This document shows, piece after piece, positions 8,490 through 17,315 of a stretch of 64,000 nt of DNA. The notes under the pieces were generated by a model that saw only the letters and a list, made by a program, of their open reading frames with translations, was not told the DNA's origin and did no database searches. Position numbers and translations under genes: made by a program. Positions within the stretch are counted from its first letter, which is position 1; each line of letters begins with the position of its first letter. Origin of the DNA: a bacterium (GTDB taxonomy: Bacteria > Patescibacteriota > SICC01); the NCBI GenBank assembly GCA_030699935.1, contig JAUYKS010000002.1, forward strand, positions 81 to 64,080, written 5' to 3'.

Positions 8490-8846
8490 ATGTTGGCCAA
8501 ACCGAACCGGCTCCGGACCAGCGCGGAGTTCGATCGTGTGTTCAGCGCCGGCCGCACGGCCCATGGCAAGCTCCTGTCCGTGCGGGTCGCCGACGCTACC
8601 GAAGCTGGCAAGAGCGCTCGATTCAAGGCGGGATTCAGCATCGGCAAGACGGTCAGCCTGAAGGCGGTCGTCCGCAATCGCATCCGGCGCCGGCTCCGCG
8701 AGATCGTCCGGAGTCTCGGGCAAGACAATGCGTTCAACGCGGTCGAACTCGTCGTCTCGGCGAAGCGCCCGGCCGCGGCCGCCGACTCGACCCAGCTCCG
8801 CGAGGAACTGGAACGGCTGCTCAAGAAGACGGAGGCCGTCCGATGA
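8490..8846 (+). CDS. rnpA: ribonuclease P protein component
   Basis: Immediately after rpmH; [22 protein letters not shown]...[11 protein letters not shown] matches the RnpA pattern; ATG 8490 preferred over the upstream GTG 8472. Confidence 0.8.
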   Translation: MLAKPNRLRTSAEFDRVFSAGRTAHGKLLSVRVADATEAGKSARFKAGFSIGKTVSLKAVVRNRIRRRLREIVRSLGQDNAFNAVELVVSAKRPAAAADSTQLREELERLLKKTEAVR

Positions 8847-9088
8847 AGCGTCTCGCGATCGGCCTGATCACCGTTTATCAGAAGACGCTGTCTCCCGACC
8901 ACGGGATGCGAATATTGTCGATGGGCAGGAATCCCTACGGCACCTGCCGGTTCCACCCGACCTGCTCGGCCTATGCCAAGGAGGCGATCGAGCGGCACGG
9001 GCTCGGCCAAGGTATCAAACTCGCAACTAAGCGGATTTCCCGCTGCCATCCGAACGCGGCCGGCGGCTTCGATCCGGTACGAAGGTAA
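8843..9088 (+). CDS. yidD: membrane protein insertion efficiency factor YidD
   Basis: 81 aa; ..[29 protein letters not shown].. is the conserved YidD (DUF37) core; located between rnpA and yidC. Confidence 0.85.
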   Translation: MKRLAIGLITVYQKTLSPDHGMRILSMGRNPYGTCRFHPTCSAYAKEAIERHGLGQGIKLATKRISRCHPNAAGGFDPVRR

Positions 9089-9100
9089 TAGGAGGCATCC

Positions 9101-9934
9101 ATGGAAATTCTCAAGACGATCTTTTTTGACCCGATCTTCAACGCGCTGATCGCGCTGTACAATGTCACCGGCGACTTCGGCATCGCGATCATCCTGGTGA
9201 CGCTGCTGGTGCGGGTTGCCGTCGGGCCGTTCTCGGCCAAGGCGTTCAAGGCGCAGCGGCGGATGCAGGCGCTCCAGCCGGAGCTCAAGAAACTCCAGGA
9301 GAAGCACAAGGACGACCGCGAGGCCCTGGCCAAGGAGATGATGACGTTCTACAAACAGGAGGGCATCAACCCGGCCTCGTCCTGCCTCCCGACGCTGGTC
9401 CAGATCCCGTTCCTGATCGTGCTCTTTTTCTCGATTAAGGACATCATCGCCGGCAAGGCGTTCGACCATCTCTACTCGTTCGTGGCGAATCCCGGGACGG
9501 TCGACCCGAGCTTCCTCGGATTGCTGGATCTCTCGACGATCGGTCTCGAGCCGTCGAACATCATCCTCGGCGTGGCTACCGCGCTCGTGATGTTCTGGCA
9601 ATCGAGGATGCTGACGCCGAAGGGCGTCGACATGCCCGGCATGAGCCGCAACATGATGTTGTTGTTCCCGGTGTTGACCCTGGTCTTCTCGGTGACGCTG
9701 CCGGCAGCCCTGCCGCTCTACTGGGCCAGCTCCACGGCCTTCACGATCGCTCAGCAGTACTACATCATCCAGCGGATGCCGTTGGCGACGGCCAAGGCGG
9801 AGGCGAGGCAGGACTGGAACGTGATCAACCCGGAGGACCCGGTCGACGGTAACGGGAAGTCGGCCGCGAAGCCGGGCAAACAAAAGGCGATCAAGGGTGC
9901 CACGGTGACCGTCCGGAAACGGAGTGGCAAGTGA
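9101..9934 (+). CDS. yidC: membrane protein insertase YidC (short form)
   Basis: 277 aa multi-TM protein; ..LVTLLVRVAVGPFSAKAFKAQRRMQALQPELKKLQEKHKDD..LAKEMMTFYKQEGINP..CLPTLVQIPFLI.. is the YidC/Oxa1 core. Confidence 0.85.
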   Translation: MEILKTIFFDPIFNALIALYNVTGDFGIAIILVTLLVRVAVGPFSAKAFKAQRRMQALQPELKKLQEKHKDDREALAKEMMTFYKQEGINPASSCLPTLVQIPFLIVLFFSIKDIIAGKAFDHLYSFVANPGTVDPSFLGLLDLSTIGLEPSNIILGVATALVMFWQSRMLTPKGVDMPGMSRNMMLLFPVLTLVFSVTLPAALPLYWASSTAFTIAQQYYIIQRMPLATAKAEARQDWNVINPEDPVDGNGKSAAKPGKQKAIKGATVTVRKRSGK

Positions 9935-10404
9935 CGGACGGGACTGACGCCGCAACGGACGCCAAGACCCTGACCCAGCCGCGGGAGATCCTGGCGGAGA
10001 TGTTGGCCAAGATGGGCATCGACGCCACGGTCGAGCAGCGCGAGGACGATCCGCCGCTGCTGGAGATCGGTTCCGAGGATCCGGGCTCACTGATCGGGCA
10101 TAAGGGCGAGATCGTCCGCTCGCTCCAGCACGTCCTGCGCGTGATGACGGCCCGGGCCGGCGGCTCGCCGACGGCGATCGTCGACGTGGACGGCTACCGC
10201 AGCCGCCAGCAGTCGCAGCTCAAGGAAACCGCCAAAGAGAAGGCCGAAGAAGTGAAGAAGACAGGGCGCCTGGCGGTGCTCCCGCCGATGACGTCCTACG
10301 AGCGGCGGCTGGTGCACGTGGAGCTGCGCGACGACCCCGACGTGACCACCGAGTCGATCGGCGAGGGCGGCGGCCGGCGCGTGATGATCAAGAAGCCGGA
10401 GTAG
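9931..10404 (+). CDS. jag: RNA-binding protein Jag/KhpB (KH + R3H domains)
   Basis: GSLIGHKGEIVRSLQHVLRV (KH-like) and YERRLVHVELRDDPDVTTESIGEGGGRRVMIKK (R3H); canonical position after yidC. Confidence 0.8.
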   Translation: MTDGTDAATDAKTLTQPREILAEMLAKMGIDATVEQREDDPPLLEIGSEDPGSLIGHKGEIVRSLQHVLRVMTARAGGSPTAIVDVDGYRSRQQSQLKETAKEKAEEVKKTGRLAVLPPMTSYERRLVHVELRDDPDVTTESIGEGGGRRVMIKKPE

Positions 10405-10425
10405 CGGTTCGCGGCGGAACGGGTG

Positions 10426-10533
10426 CCCGGGCTTCTGCGGGGGACTCCGTACACCTTTTTCGTTACTTCCAAACATCTGCAATCTTTTGCAGATGTTTTG
10501 CAGATTCTCGGAAGTAACGAAAAAGAGGTATGC
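10426..10533. repeat. conserved ~105-bp intergenic element, copy 1 (16-bp perfect inverted repeat CTTTTTCGTTACTTCC...GGAAGTAACGAAAAAG with nested ATCTGCAA/TTGCAGAT repeats)
   Basis: 10455-10525 forms a long imperfect palindrome; ~95% identical second copy at 41348-41455 including a conserved 5' extension ccggg.ttctgcggggg..tccgtacac. Confidence 0.8.
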
Positions 10534-10583
10534 CGAACCTCTACAATGGACGCATATGAGGACTGAGCGAGCATGAAACGAGC

Positions 10584-11981
10584 ATGAAAACGTTCTGGCG
10601 GAAACTCGGAGCGAACCGGCCCGAGCGCTTGGTCCGGGCGCTGCTACTGCTCGTCGTATTCCTGCTGCCGATCGGCAGCGTGCTGATCCTTTCCGAAGCG
10701 CGATCCGAGGTCGCCGGCGCGCGGAACAGTTTCGCGGTGCCGGTGCTATACGCGATCGAGCTCCTGATCGTGGCGGCGGCGCTGCTTTGGGCGCGGCTCC
10801 GGCCGCGGGCGGACGGGTCGGGCGAGGGCCCCAGCGAGAGCTCGAACGGAACGGCCGGACTCTATATGCCGCTGCTCGGCCTGATCGGTCTGGCTGCCGC
10901 CGCGACCCTCTGGGCACCCTGGCCGTTCTTGGCCGGCATCGGGTTGGTCCATCTCTTCGTGGCATTCCTCTTCGTGTACGTCCTGGCGCACGAGTTCCGT
11001 GACCGCGCGTTCTTTGAGAAGGTGCTTTGGACGCTGACCGCCGGCGCGGCGATCCAAGCCGTCTGGGGTATCGGGCAGTTCCTGATGCAGCGGGACTTCG
11101 GGCTTTGGTGGCTCGGCGAAAGCGACATCGCGCCGGGGCGCGCCGGCGTAGCGAAGCTCGTCGCGGACGGGGACACGTACGTCCGGGCGTACGGCAGCCT
11201 GCCGCACCCCAACCTGCTCGCAGCCTATCTTTCGGCGGCGGCGTTCTGGGTCGGCACGGTCGTGTTCTGGAAGGACGGCCGGTCGCGGCTAACCAAACTG
11301 GGTTACGTCCTGCTGCTCGGGCTGCTCGGGGCGGGCCTCCTGGTGACGTTCTCAAGGGTCGCGATCGTCGCCACGCTGGTTGGCGGCGCCTTAGTCGCCC
11401 TGTTCTCCTGGCGCCGCTGGAAGCGACTTCCTTGGCCGGCCGCCATGGGCGCGCTGGTCACCCTCGTAGTCGCCTTGGCCCTGACGCCGTACTGGCAAGG
11501 GCGGACTGTCGTGGAGTCGGCCCGCGAGACCGGCGTGTCCAACCGGACGGTCGGGTACGGCCAGGCCGCCAAGATCATCGCCGACCAGCCGCTCGGCGTC
11601 GGGGCGGGGAACTTCGTGCTGGCGGCCCGGTCGCTCGACCCTGGCCGCCCGGCTTACCAATACCAACCGGTGCACGCCGTCCCGCTGCTCGTGCTGACCG
11701 AGCTCGGCGTCCTCGGCGGCGCGATGCTGCTTTGGTTCGCGGTCCGGCTCGGCCGCCGCTTCCACGACGGTACTCGTCTTGGCGCCTCGCGCGACCGGCG
11801 CCAACGCTCGATTGAGTTCACGCTGTTCACGCTCACCGGAGTCTTCACGCTGATCTCGCTCACCGACCACTTCTTCTGGAGCCTGTCGCAAGGGATGCTC
11901 CTAGGCGGTGTGTTGGTCGCGGCGCTGATCGCGACGGCCAGTGCGGACCGACGGCCCGCCCGGACCCGGCGTCGTTCCTGA
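10584..11981 (+). CDS. O-antigen ligase / Wzy-like polymerase family membrane protein
   Basis: 465 aa, ~10 TM; LLVTFSRVAIVATLVG (TxSR loop motif of the O-antigen ligase family) and a periplasmic loop ..TVGYGQAAKIIADQPLGVGAGNF.. Confidence 0.6.
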   Translation: MKTFWRKLGANRPERLVRALLLLVVFLLPIGSVLILSEARSEVAGARNSFAVPVLYAIELLIVAAALLWARLRPRADGSGEGPSESSNGTAGLYMPLLGLIGLAAAATLWAPWPFLAGIGLVHLFVAFLFVYVLAHEFRDRAFFEKVLWTLTAGAAIQAVWGIGQFLMQRDFGLWWLGESDIAPGRAGVAKLVADGDTYVRAYGSLPHPNLLAAYLSAAAFWVGTVVFWKDGRSRLTKLGYVLLLGLLGAGLLVTFSRVAIVATLVGGALVALFSWRRWKRLPWPAAMGALVTLVVALALTPYWQGRTVVESARETGVSNRTVGYGQAAKIIADQPLGVGAGNFVLAARSLDPGRPAYQYQPVHAVPLLVLTELGVLGGAMLLWFAVRLGRRFHDGTRLGASRDRRQRSIEFTLFTLTGVFTLISLTDHFFWSLSQGMLLGGVLVAALIATASADRRPARTRRRS

Positions 11982-11998
11982 CTGCTACGATAGGGTCA

Positions 11999-12651
11999 TG
12001 GCTAAACGGAAGTTCGACGTGCAAGTCACCGGCGAGGGGCACTACGGCGCCGCGTACGATACGTTCCAGCGGTTCAGCTCGTACTTCTATCAGATCGATT
12101 TCACCCGGGCCGCGAACCCGAAGACGGTCCTCGAGATCGGCATCGGCAACGGCCTGGTGGCGGACTATCTGAAGCGCGCGGGCTACAAAGTCACGACCTG
12201 CGACTTCGACAAGCGCCTGAAGCCGGACGTCGTCGCGGACATCCGCGACCTCAACGCGATCAAGCGCAGCAGCCACGACGTGGTCATCGCCTGCGAGATC
12301 CTCGAGCACATCCCGTTCGACGACGTGCCGCAGGCGCTGGCGGAACTGGCACGCGTCGCCAAAAAGCGGGTGGTCATCTCGGTGCCGCACTCCTCGTTCA
12401 CGTTCGAGCTGATCGGCGCGGTATCCAAGACGTACGGACCGGGCAAGACGATCCGGCTGCCGATCCGGATTCCGCAGTTCCTGGCCGGCGACGTGCACCG
12501 GCGCAACCCCGAACACTATTGGGAGCTGGGCCGGCGCGGGTACTCGGTGCGGAAGTTCAAGAAGCTGCTCCGGAAGCATTTCAAGCACGTCGCGAAGGAC
12601 TTCCACCCCCACCTCAATCCGTACCACCGACTCTTCATCCTCGAGGTCTGA
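11999..12651 (+). CDS. class I SAM-dependent methyltransferase
   Basis: VLEIGIGNGLVADYL (motif I GxGxG), DIRDL, VIACEILEHI (motif post-II); ATG 11999 preferred over the track's upstream alternative start. Confidence 0.65.
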
Positions 12652-14093
12652 TGGCAAAGCCCGCGTCGACTAAACCCGCCTCCGCCACCAAGCGCATCGC
12701 TTACAACACGGCCGTCCAGACCGCCGGCCGCGTCGTGGTGATGTTCCTCGGCCTGGCCTCGGTCGCGATCCTCACCCGCTACCTCGGCGCCGACGGATAC
12801 GGAAAGTTCACTCTGGCCCTGGTCTACCTGTCGTTCTTCGGCATCGCCGCGGACATGGGCCTGTTCACGATCGCCGTCCGCGAGATGAGCCGTGACGAAT
12901 CGCGAATGCAGGAGATCGTCTCGAACACGCTGGCGCTGCGGGCCCTGCTGGCCGTGGTCGTGTTCAGCGCCGCCTTTGGCATCGGCTGGCTGCTGCCGTA
13001 CACGCCGGACGTGAAGATCGCGATCGGCATCGCGGCCGGGGCGCAATTCTTCGGGCTGCTCAACTCGGCGCTAATCTCGCTGTTCCAGACCAAGCTGATC
13101 ATGGGGCGTTCCGTGGTGGCCGACCTTGTCGGACGGACCTTCGCGCTGGGCGCGGTGATCGCGGTCGCGGCGATGAACCTCGGCTTCTACGCCGTCGTCG
13201 GCACGGCGGTGATCGGCTCGTTCGTGACCTTCCTGGTCTCCAGCCTGATGATCCGGAAGTTCGTGGCGTTCAAACTGGCCTTCGACGTCGGGCTTTGGAA
13301 AAAACTACTGAAGGCGTCGATCCCGTACGGTGCCGCCCTGGTGATCCTCCACCTCTACCTGCGCTCCGGCATCTTCATGTTGTCGCTGATGCGTACGACC
13401 GCCGAGGTCGGGATCTACGGCGCGGTCTTCAAGGTCTACGAATTGGTGATGGCAGTGCCCGGCTTCTTCAACAACTCGGTCTTCCCGGTATTAGTGCGGC
13501 GGCTCAAGAAAGGGACGGCCGACGCCAACGCCATGGTCCAGAAAGTATTCGACGCCCTGGTGGCGGGCGGGGCCGGGGTGGCGGCCGGCGGTATCGTGCT
13601 GGCACCGCAGATCATGCAGATCGTCGGCGGCCAGGAATTCGCGTCCGGCGCGGGCGCCCTGCAGATCGTCCTAGTGGCGATCCTGCTCTCGTTCGCGATC
13701 TTCACGTTCAGCACCATCTTCGTCGCGATGGGTCACCAATCGATGGTGCTCAAGGTCGCCAGCCTCGGCCTTGTCCTGAACGTGGCGCTCAACCTGGCGC
13801 TGATCCCGCGCTATGGCATCGAGGGTTCGGCGATGGCCACGGTCATTTCCGAAGCGATCGTCTTCATCAGCTACTACTGGCAAGCGCGGCGCAAGCTCGG
13901 GATCCGGGTGTCGCTGCGGATGGTGCCGCGGATCTTCCTGGCCGCCGCGATCATGGCGGCGGCGATCCTGCCGCTCAAGGGCGCGATCTGGCTGGCGGTG
14001 CCGGCCGGCGCGGCGCTGTACGGCTTGCTGCTACTGACGTTCCGGGTGGTGACCAAGGACGTCCTCGCAGAGCTGAGGCCCTCGCGGAGTTGA
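12651..14093 (+). CDS. polysaccharide/oligosaccharide flippase (Wzx-like, MOP superfamily)
   Basis: ~480 aa, ~12-14 TM; N-terminal ..IAYNTAVQTAGRVVVMFLGLASVAILTRYLGADGYGKFTLAL.. characteristic of Wzx/polysaccharide biosynthesis protein family; start ATG 12651 overlaps the upstream stop (TGATG). Confidence 0.65.
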   Translation: MAKPASTKPASATKRIAYNTAVQTAGRVVVMFLGLASVAILTRYLGADGYGKFTLALVYLSFFGIAADMGLFTIAVREMSRDESRMQEIVSNTLALRALLAVVVFSAAFGIGWLLPYTPDVKIAIGIAAGAQFFGLLNSALISLFQTKLIMGRSVVADLVGRTFALGAVIAVAAMNLGFYAVVGTAVIGSFVTFLVSSLMIRKFVAFKLAFDVGLWKKLLKASIPYGAALVILHLYLRSGIFMLSLMRTTAEVGIYGAVFKVYELVMAVPGFFNNSVFPVLVRRLKKGTADANAMVQKVFDALVAGGAGVAAGGIVLAPQIMQIVGGQEFASGAGALQIVLVAILLSFAIFTFSTIFVAMGHQSMVLKVASLGLVLNVALNLALIPRYGIEGSAMATVISEAIVFISYYWQARRKLGIRVSLRMVPRIFLAAAIMAAAILPLKGAIWLAVPAGAALYGLLLLTFRVVTKDVLAELRPSRS

Positions 14094-14114
14094 GATGACC
14101 GACGTGCAACCGAA

Positions 14115-15212
14115 ATGAAAGTCCTCTTCCAATTGATGCCGAAAAAGGAACTTCGCGTCGGCGGCGGGTCGGTCCGGATGCAGGAGATCGCCAAGGAGCT
14201 GCGGCGGGCGGGCGTGACGGTGGACGTCACCGAAAAGGAAGCGCCGCCGCTGGCCAAGTACGACCTTCTCCACTTTTGGGACTACGACGAGGTGACGACG
14301 TACCGGCAGGCGGCCCGGGCGCGGAAGGCGGGCGTCCCGTACGTCGTTTCTCCGATCGCGATCAACACCGACCTGTTCGGGATGCTGCACGAGGCAAACG
14401 CGGCTTGGCGGATGCTGGCCCGGACGGTCGGGCATAGCGCCGCCCTGGCGCTGTTCGCCCGATGGACCGACCGGCGGGTCCGGAACAACCCGGTCTGGCA
14501 GCGCACCCATGAGTTGCTGGACCGTGCGGCGATGCTGCTGCCGACCTCGGAAAAGGAAGAGCGCTTCATCCGCCGCCGGTACCGGACCGAAGCTCCGATC
14601 CAGGTGACGCCGAACGGCATCCCGAAGGAGTACTTCGCCAAGGCCCGGCCGGACCGGTTCAAGCGGAAGCACGGCCTGGCCGACGTACGGTTCGTCCTGA
14701 ACGCGGCGCGGACCGAGGTGCTCAAGAACCAACTCGGCCTCGTGCAAGCGATAGTCGGCACCGGCCTGACGCTGGCAGTGGCCGGGCCGATTACCGGCTA
14801 CGGCAAGGCGTACTGGGACCGTTGCGCCGCGGAGGCCAAGCGGCTCGGCGTACCGCTCAAGCACGTCGGCAACCTCTCGACGCAGGAACTGCGCGACGCT
14901 TACGCAGCCGCGGAAGCCCACGTCCTCTGCAGCTGGTACGAGACGACCGGCCAGGTCAGCCTCCAAGCCGCCGCGACCGGCTGCCCGATCGTGCAGACCG
15001 AGCAGAGTCCGCACAGGGAATACTTCGGCGATTTGGCCGAGACCTGCCGGCCGGAAAGTCCCCGTGACATCCGGCGCGCGATTCTCCGCGCGGTGACGAT
15101 GCCCGCCTCCCGCCGCCGGGCGCTGCAGCGCCGGATGCGGCGGTATACCTGGGAGTGGTCGGCGAAGGAGACGCTGAAGGGATACCGGTCGGTCCTGCGC
15201 AAGAGACGCTGA
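14115..15212 (+). CDS. glycosyltransferase family 1 (GT4-type)
   Basis: 365 aa with the GT-B C-terminal pattern (..EAHVLCSWYETTGQVSLQAAATGCPIV..), E-x7-E-like motif. Confidence 0.55.
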   Translation: MKVLFQLMPKKELRVGGGSVRMQEIAKELRRAGVTVDVTEKEAPPLAKYDLLHFWDYDEVTTYRQAARARKAGVPYVVSPIAINTDLFGMLHEANAAWRMLARTVGHSAALALFARWTDRRVRNNPVWQRTHELLDRAAMLLPTSEKEERFIRRRYRTEAPIQVTPNGIPKEYFAKARPDRFKRKHGLADVRFVLNAARTEVLKNQLGLVQAIVGTGLTLAVAGPITGYGKAYWDRCAAEAKRLGVPLKHVGNLSTQELRDAYAAAEAHVLCSWYETTGQVSLQAAATGCPIVQTEQSPHREYFGDLAETCRPESPRDIRRAILRAVTMPASRRRALQRRMRRYTWEWSAKETLKGYRSVLRKRR

Positions 15213-15233
15213 CAATCTGTCATAATCCAAAGC

Positions 15234-15599
15234 ATGTTGGTATTAGTGCTGGTTAGTGCCTTGGCCGCGTTTACCCTCGTGGCCGCGCAGCTTCTCTGGA
15301 AGCAAGCGGTGACGGCGGCGGGCATCAGCATGCAATCCATTACGGTTCAGAAAGTCCTGACGCTAGTGTTCTCGCCACGTGTCCTGGGCGGCGCTGCTCT
15401 CTACGCCAGCGCGGCGGGATTGTACTTGTATCTGCTTGCCAAGTACGAATATCACATCGTCCAAGCGGTGTTCGTCTCGCTGGCGCTGGTGTTGGCATTC
15501 CTGGCATCCGCGGTGTTCCTCAGGGAGCGGATTACGGGCATCAGCCTCCTGGGGCTGGCCTTCTTGCTGGTCGGAATCATATTGATCATGCACAAATGA
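15234..15599 (+). CDS. small EamA/SMR-like 4-TM membrane protein (ArnE/ArnF-type lipid-linked sugar flippase subunit candidate)
   Basis: 121 aa, 4 predicted TM, C-terminal ..FLRERITGISLLGLAFLLVGIILI.. EamA-like signature; sits immediately upstream of the polyprenol-P GT2 gene. Confidence 0.5.
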   Translation: MLVLVLVSALAAFTLVAAQLLWKQAVTAAGISMQSITVQKVLTLVFSPRVLGGAALYASAAGLYLYLLAKYEYHIVQAVFVSLALVLAFLASAVFLRERITGISLLGLAFLLVGIILIMHK

Positions 15600-16288
15600 G
15601 TTACGAAGATACATACGTCATCGTTCCCGCTTACAACGAAGCATCCGTTCTCGGCGGAGTCATCAAGGAGCTCCGGGAGTCCTTCCCGAACGTCGTGGCC
15701 GTGGACGATGGCAGTACGGACCGTACGGCAGCCGTTGTGCGGCGCTCCGGTGCGACACTCGTCCGCCACCCTTTGAATCTCGGGCAAGGCGCGGCGATTC
15801 AGACCGGAATTGAATACGCCCTCAAGAGTTCTGATGCACGTTACTTTGTCACGTTCGATGCGGACGGCCAGCATAAGCCGGAAGACGCTAAACGGATGGT
15901 CGACGAGCTCAGGCGCGACCTGGAACTGGATATCGTACTCGGATCGCGTTTCATCGGCACGACCGAAGGCATGGGGCATGTCAAGAAAGCCCTACTGAAG
16001 GGCGCGGTCCTCTTTAACCGCGTCATCACCGGGATCCGGTTGTCCGACGCGCACAACGGCCTGCGGGCCATGCGCCGGCGTTTTGCCTCGGAACTGGACA
16101 TGGAACAGGCCGACATGAGCCATGCTTCGGAACTGGTCGAGGTGATATCGCAGCAAGGTGCCCGCTACAAGGAAATGCCGGTGACCATCCGTTACACCGA
16201 CTACTCCAAGCGCAAAGGACAGTCCGTATTCAACTCACTCAACATCGCCTTCGACCTGATTCTGGCAAAACTTTCGGGCAAACCATGA
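15596..16288 (+). CDS. GT2 polyprenol-phosphate glycosyltransferase (DPM1/GtrB/ArnC-like)
   Basis: YVIVPAYNEASVLGGVIKEL...VVAVDDGSTDRTA...FDADGQH (DxD) ..RFIG..; ~230 aa without a C-terminal TM extension. Confidence 0.7.
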   Translation: MSYEDTYVIVPAYNEASVLGGVIKELRESFPNVVAVDDGSTDRTAAVVRRSGATLVRHPLNLGQGAAIQTGIEYALKSSDARYFVTFDADGQHKPEDAKRMVDELRRDLELDIVLGSRFIGTTEGMGHVKKALLKGAVLFNRVITGIRLSDAHNGLRAMRRRFASELDMEQADMSHASELVEVISQQGARYKEMPVTIRYTDYSKRKGQSVFNSLNIAFDLILAKLSGKP

Positions 16289-16635
16289 TCATCCAACCCC
16301 TGCTTATCGCCGGCCTGCTGCTTGTGTTCATATGGTTCTTACGGAACCGCAACCAGGCCCGGACCCGGGCCGGCAAGAAGCTCGCATTCGCCCTGCTGGT
16401 CCTGGCCGGGGTGATCGCCGTGCTCTACCCGGATGTCATGAACACGCTGGCCGGCTGGGTCGGAGTCGGGCGCGGCGCCGACCTGCTCTTCTATGCGCTC
16501 ACGCTGGCGTTCATCTTCGTGACGCTGAACATCTACCTGAAGTTCCAGGACCATGATCGCCGCCTGACCGAGATTGTGCGAGAAGTGGCGATCAAGGAAG
16601 CCGAGCCGCCGCGGAAAAAGCAGCGACGGCGATGA
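16285..16635 (+). CDS. DUF2304-like small membrane protein (GT2-associated)
   Basis: 116 aa, 3 TM, basic C-terminal tail; typical partner of GtrB/ArnC-like GT2 genes; stop/start overlap with both neighbours. Confidence 0.45.
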   Translation: MIIQPLLIAGLLLVFIWFLRNRNQARTRAGKKLAFALLVLAGVIAVLYPDVMNTLAGWVGVGRGADLLFYALTLAFIFVTLNIYLKFQDHDRRLTEIVREVAIKEAEPPRKKQRRR

Positions 16636-17315
16636 AAATCGATAAGGCTTCCCAAAAGGGGTACTGGGAAGCGAACAAAAACCAGCGCCCCTACGATCAC
16701 CCGATCGTCCGGTTCTTCGCGAAGCAACGGATCGGGTATCTGAAGCGCTACCTGGATTTCAGGAAGATTGGGTCGGCATTCGACGTCGGTTGTGGCGACG
16801 GCTTCTCTACTTATTACATGGGGCAGGAAATCAAAAAAGTAGAAGGAGGCGACATCTCAGAACATATGCTCGATAACAATCCGGTCGATCGAAAGAAGCT
16901 TAGGGTGATCGACGCCGAAAAGCTAGACCTTCCCGACGACTCGTACGATCTGGTCTACACCTGGGAAGTGCTCCACCACTTGCCGCATCCGGAAAAGGCG
17001 GTGGCGGAGATGGCGCGAGTCGCCAAGCGCCACGTCGTCATCTACGAGCCGAACCGTGCGAATGTGCTCCAGATCCTGTGGGGGCTGAGCCAGCCGCAGG
17101 AGCGGGGCACCCTTCGCAGTTCCAAGAAATATTTGACGGGACTCTGCCGGCAAGCTGGCCTCACGGTCGTCCGGGCCGACTATTGCGGGCGCATCCTGCC
17201 GAACATGACCCCCCGGTTCGCCTTTCGGTTCCTGAAACATCTGCCGTTCAAGGCCGGCCGGTTCACGGGAATCTCAATCGCCGTGATAGCCGAGAAGCCC
17301 AGTGTCCAAAGCTAA
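16632..17315 (+). CDS. class I SAM-dependent methyltransferase
   Basis: AFDVGCGDGFSTYYM (motif I), RVIDAEKLDLPDDSYDLVYTWEVLHHL (motifs II/III). Confidence 0.65.
   Translation: MKIDKASQKGYWEANKNQRPYDHPIVRFFAKQRIGYLKRYLDFRKIGSAFDVGCGDGFSTYYMGQEIKKVEGGDISEHMLDNNPVDRKKLRVIDAEKLDLPDDSYDLVYTWEVLHHLPHPEKAVAEMARVAKRHVVIYEPNRANVLQILWGLSQPQERGTLRSSKKYLTGLCRQAGLTVVRADYCGRILPNMTPRFAFRFLKHLPFKAGRFTGISIAVIAEKPSVQS

Noticed and set aside
10296-10574. Two small minus-strand ORFs (10296..10574 and 41316..41534) sharing the peptide SFSLLPRICKTSAKDCRCLEVTKKVYG, which looked like a duplicated gene
   Set aside because: The shared peptide is just the translation of the conserved palindromic intergenic element. 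Identity ends where the element ends, and the flanking parts of the ORFs are unrelated.
10560-10590. Short tandem duplication gagcatgaaa(c)gagcatgaaaa at the start of the first ligase gene
   Set aside because: Only two ~10-bp units. It is probably a trivial slippage duplication creating two in-frame ATGs, with no further structure.
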